A DNA stretch of 64,000 nucleotides from Alphaproteobacteria bacterium (GTDB lineage: Bacteria > Pseudomonadota > Alphaproteobacteria > Rs-D84 > SZUA-605), in the NCBI GenBank assembly GCA_031549385.1, contig JAVBPW010000005.1, forward strand, positions 32,001 through 96,000, given 5' to 3'. The notes beneath the pieces are model-generated. The model did not search any database. It had not been told where the DNA came from and saw only the letters and a program-made list of their open reading frames with translations. The translations under genes were made by a program, and so were the position numbers. Shown here one piece after another: positions 31,053 through 38,756 of the stretch (positions are counted from its first letter, which is position 1; each line of letters opens with the position of its first letter).

Positions 31053-32948
31053 ATGTTTAAGAAAAAAATTCTAATTTGGTTGGCTGTTATTTTGGTTGTT
31101 TTTGGAGTGTCTGAGATTGTTGCTCGCAAAAACCCTGAATTGTTTGCATCTAAGAAAGAAAAAGAAGCAGCTTTAGTGTTTTCTGACTTTGTTAATGATG
31201 TTAAGGCAAAAAAGATAAAAAGTGTTATTATTTACGATAATAAAAAAGTTCAAGGTGAGTTTAAAGATGGAAAAAAATTCGAAACTCAAATAGTTGATTA
31301 TCCAAAACTTTATGAATTATTAGAAACCAATAAGGTTAGTGTTGAAATAAAAGATGCTAAAACAGGTATAGGATATTATCTTTTGAATATTTTGCCCACT
31401 TTACTTTGGGTTTTTGTATTACTTCTTATTATTAGAAGTTTTCGTTCATCATTTTCTGGTGGAAAAGGGGGAGGTGGTGGAAGTCCTTTTTCTTTTGGGG
31501 AGTCTAAAGCTAAGCTTTTAACCAAAGATAAATTGAAAATTACATTTGATGATGTAGCTGGTATTGATGAGGCTAAGAAAGATGTTGAGGAAATTGTAGA
31601 ATTTTTAAAGAATCCTAAGAAATTTGCTGATTTAGGTGGAAGAATTCCTAAAGGTGTACTTTTAACTGGTCACCCTGGAACAGGTAAGACTTTACTTGCT
31701 AAGGCTATTGCTGGGGAGGCGGATGTTCCTTTCTTTTCTATGAGTGGATCTGACTTTGTTGAAATGTTTGTTGGAGTTGGTGCTTCTCGTGTACGTGATT
31801 TATTCGAAAATGGTAAGAAGAATGCTCCTTGTATTATATTTATAGACGAAATTGATGCTGTGGGACGTCATAGAGGTGTGGGCTATGGTGGTGGAAATGA
31901 TGAAAGAGAACAAACTCTTAACCAATTACTTGTAGAAATGGATGGATTTGAAAGTAATGAAGGGGTTATCCTTATAGCTGCTACTAATAGGTCTGATGTT
32001 CTTGACTCTGCTTTGATGAGACCAGGGCGTTTTGATAGACAAATCTATGTATCTCTTCCAGATGTTAAGGGTAGGGAAGCTATATTAAAAATACATGCTA
32101 AAAAGATTAAGGCTGCTAATGATATAGACCTTAATGTAATTGCTAGAGGAACTGTTGGTTTTTCTGGGGCTGATTTAGCTAACCTTGTTAATGAAGCTGC
32201 TTTGATTGCTGCACGTAATAACCATAAGGAAGTTACTTCACATGATTTTGATATGGCAAGAGATAAAATCTTAATGGGAGCTGAGAGAGCAACAGTACTT
32301 GATCCTAAGGAATTAGAGCTTACAGCTTATCATGAAGCAGGGCATGCGTTTATTGGTACTGTGATTGAAGGGTTTGATCCTATACATAAGGCTACTATTA
32401 TTCCAAGAGGTGAAGCATTGGGTATGGTACAACATTTGCCTGAAAAAGATAAAGTATCCCAAAGTTTAAAACAAATTAAGGCTGATATATCTGTTTGTTG
32501 CGCTGGGAGAATTTGTGAAGAAACATTCTTTGGTAAAGAAAATGTTACTACTGGAGCTTATTCTGATATAAGACATGCTACTAATTTAGCTCGTAATGTT
32601 GTTACAGTTTGTGGACTTAGTGAAAACTTAGGTTTTATAGCATATAAAGAAAATGCGCTGGGTTATGGTGAAAGTGCGCCTAAATTTAATGTGTCTAATG
32701 AAACGGCATTGCTTATTGATAAGGAAGTTAAAAAACTTATTGATGATTGCTATGACGTGGCTAAGAAATTAGTTGTTAAAAATAAAGATAAAATAAAAGA
32801 ATTGGCAGAAGCATTGCTTAAATATGAAACTTTAACTGGTGATGAAATCAAAGATATTATTGCTGGTAAAAAGTTGGATAAAAAAATTGTTAAAAAGCCA
32901 GTTGAAGTTAAAAAGACTTCTGTTATGGATAAGGCTAAACAAATATAA
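31053..32948 (+). CDS. ftsH: ATP-dependent zinc metalloprotease FtsH
   Basis: Two TM helices, [27 protein letters not shown]. Confidence 0.98.
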   Translation: MFKKKILIWLAVILVVFGVSEIVARKNPELFASKKEKEAALVFSDFVNDVKAKKIKSVIIYDNKKVQGEFKDGKKFETQIVDYPKLYELLETNKVSVEIKDAKTGIGYYLLNILPTLLWVFVLLLIIRSFRSSFSGGKGGGGGSPFSFGESKAKLLTKDKLKITFDDVAGIDEAKKDVEEIVEFLKNPKKFADLGGRIPKGVLLTGHPGTGKTLLAKAIAGEADVPFFSMSGSDFVEMFVGVGASRVRDLFENGKKNAPCIIFIDEIDAVGRHRGVGYGGGNDEREQTLNQLLVEMDGFESNEGVILIAATNRSDVLDSALMRPGRFDRQIYVSLPDVKGREAILKIHAKKIKAANDIDLNVIARGTVGFSGADLANLVNEAALIAARNNHKEVTSHDFDMARDKILMGAERATVLDPKELELTAYHEAGHAFIGTVIEGFDPIHKATIIPRGEALGMVQHLPEKDKVSQSLKQIKADISVCCAGRICEETFFGKENVTTGAYSDIRHATNLARNVVTVCGLSENLGFIAYKENALGYGESAPKFNVSNETALLIDKEVKKLIDDCYDVAKKLVVKNKDKIKELAEALLKYETLTGDEIKDIIAGKKLDKKIVKKPVEVKKTSVMDKAKQI

Positions 32949-32951
32949 AAT

Positions 32952-32980
32952 AAAAAAGCTCCTAAATAGGAGCTTTTTTT
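32952..32980. terminator. Bidirectional terminator
   Basis: AAAAAAGCTCCT-AAAT-AGGAGCTTTTTTT. Confidence 0.85.
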
Positions 32981-32992
32981 ATCTCAGTTTTA

Positions 32993-33685
32993 TTACCAAG
33001 TTTTTTCCCAAAATCCTAAATCTTTAAATGTTTGGATTTCGTTTTTACCTACTATGATGTGGTCTATTAATGTTATGCCTAATGGTGATAACATATTAAA
33101 TAAATCTTTTGTTATATTAATATCATTAATTGATGGTGTTAGATTACCACTTGGGTGATTGTGAATTAATAATAATGATTTTGCTTCTGTTTCCATTGCT
33201 TGCTTGATTATATTGCGTGGATAGATTGTTGCATAATCTATTGTTCCTGATGATATTGTTTCATCTTTTATTAATGCACCTTTAGTGTCTAAATATAATA
33301 CATGAAATTCTTCATGCTTTTTATGTGATAAATGAGAAATGCAATATAATTTTAAATCATTCCAAGTTTTTAATAAAGTTTTACCTTTTATTTGTTGAGA
33401 GGTAGAAAATTTACAAATTTGTGCTACTAAATTTAATAGCGTTGCTGATTTTTCTGATATGCCTTTTGTTTTACATAATTTTGATACATCTTCATTTAAT
33501 AAATCTTGGATGCTAGGATAGTTTTTTATTAATTCTTTTGCTATTGGTTTTACGTCTATTCTTGGTATTGAAAATGTTAGTAGTAATTCTATTAATTCGT
33601 AATCAGAAAAACTTTCTGGATTTTTTTGAAATTTTTCCAAAATTCTTTGTCTGTGACCTGTATAATGTGGATCTTGTTTTTCCAT
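32993..33685 (-). CDS. radC: RadC family JAB-domain protein
   Basis: GHRQR, DYELIELLL, DVKPIAK, HNHPSG...PS..D, DHIIVG. Confidence 0.95.
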   Translation of the reverse strand: MEKQDPHYTGHRQRILEKFQKNPESFSDYELIELLLTFSIPRIDVKPIAKELIKNYPSIQDLLNEDVSKLCKTKGISEKSATLLNLVAQICKFSTSQQIKGKTLLKTWNDLKLYCISHLSHKKHEEFHVLYLDTKGALIKDETISSGTIDYATIYPRNIIKQAMETEAKSLLLIHNHPSGNLTPSINDINITKDLFNMLSPLGITLIDHIIVGKNEIQTFKDLGFWEKTW

Positions 33686-33786
33686 GAAGATAATTTTAAC
33701 ATTATTAGGAATAAAATCAAATGAAATTATTTTGATATTAAATTTGACAAAGTTAGATTATTTTTATATCTTGTTTGCATACATTT

Positions 33787-33863
33787 GGGTGTATAGCTCA
33801 GTTGGTTAGAGCACTACCTCGACAAGGTAGGGGTCATAAGTTCGAGTCTTATTACACCCACCA
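33787..33863 (+). tRNA. tRNA-Val(GAC), with C at position 33
   Basis: GGGTGTA/TACACCC acceptor, CTACC-TCGACAA-GGTAG anticodon arm, TTCGAGT T-loop, ACCA end. Confidence 0.92.
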
Positions 33864-33888
33864 TTTTTTGTAGATATTTAAATAAAAA

Positions 33889-33909
33889 AGCACAACAATG
33901 TGTTGTGCT
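33889..33909. terminator. Hairpin between tRNA-Val and the convergent ncRNA
   Basis: AGCACAACA-ATG-TGTTGTGCT flanked by A runs. Confidence 0.65.
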
Positions 33910-33924
33910 GATAAAAAAAACAGG

Positions 33925-34001
33925 CTATGACCTCTTTTGATGTTTTATCAAATTGTAGGCGTCCCCAAAACTTTTATGCACGCCTCGTTGTGTTGTCATA
34001 A
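33925..34001 (-). ncRNA. Unassigned three-way-junction RNA motif, copy 1
   Basis: UUAUGAC-AACACAACG-AGGCGU(..)ACGCCU-ACAA-UUUGAU(AAAAC)AUCAAA-AGAG-GUCAUAG; own promoter TTGACT-16-TATAAT (34039-34012); followed by a U run. Confidence 0.7.
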
Positions 34002-34061
34002 GAAGACTTTTATTATATAACATTATTAAGCTAAGTCAATTATTTTAAAAATAAAGGTAAT

Positions 34062-34087
34062 AAAAAATCCTCCCTTTCGGGAGGATC
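34062..34087 (-). terminator. Intrinsic terminator of the ACP-like ORF
   Basis: Minus strand ATCCTCCC-GAAA-GGGAGGAT followed by a T run. Confidence 0.85.
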
Positions 34088-34118
34088 GCTGTCAGAGACA
34101 GACATCAAACGCAAGCTA

Positions 34119-34415
34119 CTACGAAAAGCATTGTGCGAAGCGCTTTACAGTCAAAGGCTTTTGGCCTTTATCGTACCAGCTGGAAGTTAATTCAGCTGGA
34201 GACATGGTGAACGTGGTATTTGTTACTCGTTCTATCCTTTGGGCGGCAGCTGCTACATCTAAGTAGTCAACTTCCAGGCCAGTGTAGATATCACCATTGC
34301 CTTTTCGGTAAACTGTTTTTGCTACGCATTCGGCAGTTGTGCCGGTTTCTCTTGCGAGAGCCATGTAACAGGCTCTTTCCATGTCCCTTATCGGGACTTT
34401 TCTTTGTTTGTTCAT
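34119..34415 (-). CDS. Acyl-carrier-protein-like orphan lacking the phosphopantetheine Ser
   Basis: 98 aa from ATG 34415; DIYTGLEVDYLDVAAAAQRIE aligns with the ACP D...LG.DSLD......IE motif; C-terminal LTV. The ORF track's TTG start at 34475 is the -35 box. Confidence 0.5.
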   Translation of the reverse strand: MNKQRKVPIRDMERACYMALARETGTTAECVAKTVYRKGNGDIYTGLEVDYLDVAAAAQRIERVTNTTFTMSPAELTSSWYDKGQKPLTVKRFAQCFS

Positions 34416-34500
34416 ATATATTAAATTTTTAAGGTTTGAGCTCAAGATATTACCATTTAATTTAAAAAATGTCAAATATTAATTTAAAAAATTAAAATAT

Positions 34501-34538
34501 AAGGAAAAGAAAAGGGCAGATTTACTTAAAAATCTGCC
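34501..34538 (-). terminator. Terminator of the tRNA-like/ncRNA operon
   Basis: Minus strand GGCAGATTT-TTAAGT-AAATCTGCC-CTTTTCTTTT. Confidence 0.8.
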
Positions 34539-34564
34539 TCAATCCTAACTGTTTCAGTTGGTGC

Positions 34565-34622
34565 ATGCAACCTCCACCTTTCGGCTTGTAGGCGTGCAAA
34601 AACGCCTCGTTATTTGTTGCAT
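34565..34622 (-). ncRNA. Unassigned three-way-junction RNA motif, copy 2
   Basis: AUGCAAC-AAAUAACG-AGGCGU(UUUUGC)ACGCCU-ACAA-GCC(GAAA)GGU-GGAG-GUUGCAU; starts 4 nt after the second tRNA-like gene. Confidence 0.7.
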
Positions 34623-34626
34623 TTTG

Positions 34627-34697
34627 AAAGGGTGACGGGCACTGATCCCGCGACCTTCTCCTAGCAAGGAGCTGCTCTACCTCTGAGCTACACCCTT
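34627..34697 (-). tRNA. Aberrant tRNA-like gene (Gly-like body, 6-nt anticodon loop TTGCTA)
   Basis: AAGGGTG/CACCCTT acceptor, GCTC/GAGC D-stem, CTCC/GGAG anticodon stem, GCGGG/CCCGT T-stem with non-canonical loop ATCAGTG; no CCA. Confidence 0.7.
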
Positions 34698-34723
34698 TGT
34701 CCTATAGGGTTTTAATAACCCTG

Positions 34724-34796
34724 CGGGCATGACTGGATTTGAACCAGCTACCTGGTCGTTTAGAATGACTTGCTTTACCAAATCAGCTTCATGCCC
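34724..34796 (-). tRNA. tRNA-like gene with CUA (amber suppressor-type) anticodon
   Basis: GGGCATG/CATGCCC acceptor, D-loop with GG, anticodon loop TT-CTA-AA (CTA at 34763-34761), GCTGG-TTCAAAT-CCAGT T-arm, G73; A8 and two anticodon-stem mismatches; no CCA. Confidence 0.75.
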
Positions 34797-34833
34797 CTTT
34801 GAATTTATATATAATTCGTAAGTAACTGAGTTA

Positions 34834-34862
34834 GTTATATGAAAGATTTTCGAATTTGTCAA
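34834..34862 (-). promoter_or_regulatory. Sigma70-type promoter of the tRNA-like/ncRNA operon
   Basis: TTGACA (34862-34857), 17 nt spacer, TATAAC (34839-34834). Confidence 0.75.
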
Positions 34863-35417
34863 TTAAAATTTTAGCGAATAACCATTATCGTCAGTTTGTA
34901 TTAAATTGGCTTGAGTTGTGAGTTCTAGCTTTTGACGAAGGTTGTAAATGTGAGTCTTCAAAGTGTTTGTTTGAATGTTTTTGTCGTATCCCCAAATATT
35001 TTTCAATATTTCATCAGGGGTTGCATAGTGATTTGGTTGTTTTAATAAGAATAATAGTAATTCTTGTTCTTTTTGAGTTAATTCTATTTCTTGTTTGTTG
35101 CAAAAGAATGTGTTGTCTTTGATTTTGAACTTATCACAAGTAAAGGAATCTTCTGAAACTAATAAATCTTTTATTTTTTGCTTTAATTCAGATGGAAGAA
35201 TAGGGAGCTTTATAAAATGTGGTCCTTCTTTTTCGTCTGAAACTACTAGGTATCTCTTTGAATTTTGAGGAATATCTTTTTCATTGATTGTTATAATAAA
35301 AGAATCTTTATCATTAGTTTTGCTTTTTGTTGTGGAAATTGTTTTAAACATACCTTTAAGTAAGGATGTTAATAACCCTTCTTCCAATTTATCAAAACCT
35401 ATTAAGATTAAATTCAT
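34863..35417 (-). CDS. OmpR/PhoB-type winged-helix protein with degenerate receiver domain
   Basis: LTQKEQELLLFL, IWGY, TNTLKTHIYNLRQKL, GYSL; likely start ATG 35417. Confidence 0.85.
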   Translation of the reverse strand: MNLILIGFDKLEEGLLTSLLKGMFKTISTTKSKTNDKDSFIITINEKDIPQNSKRYLVVSDEKEGPHFIKLPILPSELKQKIKDLLVSEDSFTCDKFKIKDNTFFCNKQEIELTQKEQELLLFLLKQPNHYATPDEILKNIWGYDKNIQTNTLKTHIYNLRQKLELTTQANLIQTDDNGYSLKF

Positions 35418-35441
35418 GCGATTTTCAATGTTTAGTGTTAG

Positions 35442-35515
35442 TGGAGGCCGGTACCGGAGTCGAACCGATCTAGAAGGATTTGCAGTCCTCTGCATAACCG
35501 CTCTGCTAACCGGCC
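35442..35515 (-). tRNA. tRNA-Cys(GCA)
   Basis: GGCCGGT/ACCGGCC acceptor, CT-GCA-AA loop, TTCGACT T-loop, U73, CCA. Confidence 0.97.
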
Positions 35516-35660
35516 TCATTTTTTAACTTGCTTAGTTTATTATATTTATATTTTTGTGTCAATTGTAAAAATGGGAGTTTTTTCAGCTTTTTTGAAAGTC
35601 AACCCTAAATTTCTGATTTTTTTAATTATTTTTTTGTTTTTTAGGTTTTTAAAAGTCTGA

Positions 35661-36761
<1,101 letters not shown>

Positions 36762-36762
36762 A

Positions 36763-37629
36763 ATGGAAATAAAAAAATTATTTGGTGGAAATTCACTTGT
36801 CAGAGATTTAAAAAAAGGTGATGCTTATTCTTTAGGTAAAAATATTTATGGAAATGAACAGACTATAGAATTAGACAATATGTCTGCATTAGATGGTTTA
36901 GCTAATCAACTTTATGCTTCTTCTAAAGAATATGACTTGAAGGAAATTGCTAAACGATATTCTGGACAAGATCCTAAAACTTTAGCTAAGATGATGGCTG
37001 TTAATACATATATGATTGGTGAAAATCTTGATAATGCAGAAGCTAAAAAAATTAATTTGAAAATGCAAAGAGAAGATTTTGCTTTTTCACAGTTGCATGG
37101 AAATCATGTTGTTAATCCTGCGGTAACTAATTTGACTACTCAATATCTTTTACAAAAGATGGGTGCAGATAGTAGAATATTCAATGGAAAAATTGGTTTT
37201 ATCGAAGATGAAGTACAAATTGAAAATACTTCTGTTGTCGTGAGAGATGAAAATGGTAATCCTATGATGTTGGATTTTAATGATGATAATATAGACCCAA
37301 TTAACGATAGGAATATTCCTATATTTAATGTTAAAGGTGGGGCTGGAAATTATGATAAACTTCTTGAACAAGGTGAAAAACAAGCAGCTTTTGTTCAATG
37401 GGATGGAGTTGGTTATAATAAGGGAAGTTACCTTTATGGAGTGGATAGAAAAAGTTCTATTGAAATTGATGAAAGAAGTATTATTGGAAATAGTGCTTTT
37501 GAAGGAAAATATAAAGCTTTCAAAAGAAAATCTGATAATCAATTTGAACAGACGTTCCAAAATACAGATGAAGAACTTCAAAGATTTATTGAATTTGCTA
37601 TTAGAAATAAATTTGAATCTCCAGAATAA
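36763..37629 (+). CDS. Hypothetical protein
   Basis: 288 aa ORF with host-like codon usage, starting 1 nt after ccrM. Confidence 0.65.
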   Translation: MEIKKLFGGNSLVRDLKKGDAYSLGKNIYGNEQTIELDNMSALDGLANQLYASSKEYDLKEIAKRYSGQDPKTLAKMMAVNTYMIGENLDNAEAKKINLKMQREDFAFSQLHGNHVVNPAVTNLTTQYLLQKMGADSRIFNGKIGFIEDEVQIENTSVVVRDENGNPMMLDFNDDNIDPINDRNIPIFNVKGGAGNYDKLLEQGEKQAAFVQWDGVGYNKGSYLYGVDRKSSIEIDERSIIGNSAFEGKYKAFKRKSDNQFEQTFQNTDEELQRFIEFAIRNKFESPE

Positions 37630-37701
37630 ATTCGTTCTTGTAATATCTTAAATATTTATGTATTATAACCTCATATTTAATTTAAAGTATGAGGTTTTAT
37701 T

Positions 37702-37935
37702 ATGAGTGAATTTAAAGATTTAACTTTCGAAGATGCTATGAAAAGATTAGATGAAATTATTGCTAAGATGGAAGGTGGTAATGTTCCTTTAGAAAAATCT
37801 GTTGAAATGTATGAGATGGGAATGAAATTAAAAGAGTTTTGCAGTACTAAACTTAATGAAGCACGTCTTAAAGTTGAACAAATTGAAAATTTGGGTGATG
37901 GAAAAGTTGCTTTAAAGGAATTTAACGTAGAATAA
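37702..37935 (+). CDS. xseB: Exodeoxyribonuclease VII small subunit
   Basis: TFEDAM.RL.EII..ME.G..PLE.S...YE.G..L...C...L..A. Confidence 0.95.
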   Translation: MSEFKDLTFEDAMKRLDEIIAKMEGGNVPLEKSVEMYEMGMKLKEFCSTKLNEARLKVEQIENLGDGKVALKEFNVE

Positions 37936-37936
37936 T

Positions 37937-38716
37937 ATGATTGAAGAAAAACGAGCAGAAATTGTTAAGAGTGCTAAGAAGTCTTTAGGGCAAAATTTCT
38001 TACTGGATGTTGGTATTGTTGATAAGATAGCAGGGCAGTTAAAATATTTAGATAAGGTTGTTGAAATTGGACCTGGAGTTGCTACTCTTACTGAAGCAGT
38101 GTTGCGTAGAAAGCCTAAAAAAATGGTTTCTATTGAAAAAGATGAGCGATTGTCTGAATTGCTTGATGAAGTTAAAATAAAATACCCTAATTTTGATTAT
38201 AAAAATATTGATGCTTTGAAAATTAATTGGAGCAAAGATTTTGAAGGTAAATATAGTTTGATTTCTAATTTGCCTTATAATATTTCTACTGTTTTAATGG
38301 TTAGTTTTGTTTATAACTATAGTGTTTTTAATGAACTTGTTTTAATGTTTCAAAAAGAAGTTGGAATGAGGATTTTAGCTAAGTCTGGAAGTGAATATGG
38401 AAGACTTTCTGTTATGGTGCAATCTGTGTTTGATGTTAATAAAGTAATGGACTTGAAACCTGGTGCGTTTTATCCTGCACCTAAAGTTGAAAGTAGTGTT
38501 TTGTATTTTAAGCCTAATGGAAATAAATTATCTTTAAAGCAATTGGAAAGATTAGATATTATTAGTAAAGTTGCATTTGAAAATAGACGTAAAAAAGTAA
38601 TTACTGGTTTGAAAAAAATTATTCCTAATGCAGAAGAAAAATTTAATGAACTTAAAATATCTTTAGATAGTAGGGCAGAGCAAATTACTGTTGAGCAGTA
38701 TTTAAAATTAATATAA
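37937..38716 (+). CDS. rsmA: 16S rRNA dimethyladenosine transferase
   Basis: KSLGQNFL, EIGPG, NLPYNIS, MFQKEV, FYPAPKVES. Confidence 0.97.
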   Translation: MIEEKRAEIVKSAKKSLGQNFLLDVGIVDKIAGQLKYLDKVVEIGPGVATLTEAVLRRKPKKMVSIEKDERLSELLDEVKIKYPNFDYKNIDALKINWSKDFEGKYSLISNLPYNISTVLMVSFVYNYSVFNELVLMFQKEVGMRILAKSGSEYGRLSVMVQSVFDVNKVMDLKPGAFYPAPKVESSVLYFKPNGNKLSLKQLERLDIISKVAFENRRKKVITGLKKIIPNAEEKFNELKISLDSRAEQITVEQYLKLI

Positions 38717-38743
38717 AAAAGCTCCTGTTTAGGAGCTTTTTTT
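38715..38743. terminator. Bidirectional terminator
   Basis: AAAAAAGCTCCT-GTTT-AGGAGCTTTTTTT. Confidence 0.85.
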
Positions 38744-38756
38744 ATTTATCTAACTA

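Noticed and set aside
32993-33685. radC as marker of a mobile element
   Set aside because: It is the full-length chromosomal type with host-like codon usage, and no integrase or att duplication is visible.
34565-34622. Junction RNA as tmRNA piece, fluoride or SAM-V riboswitch, or hammerhead/twister/HDV ribozyme
   Set aside because: Only short similarities (ACGCCUAC, AGGCG/CGCCU, an ATNNEA-like frame). The required core motifs are missing, the frame is not conserved between copies, and no ORF follows. An Rfam search is still needed.
34724-34796. tRNA-Pyl (pyrrolysine system)
   Set aside because: It has a normal D-loop with GG, a TTCAAAT T-loop and a 5-nt variable loop, unlike tRNA-Pyl, and no pylS/B/C/D genes are in the window.
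34677-34862. 61 aa ORF from the track
   Set aside because: Its TTG start is the -35 box and it runs through the tRNA-like genes.
35418-35519. N-terminal extension of the winged-helix ORF
   Set aside because: It overlaps tRNA-Cys; the start was moved to 35417.
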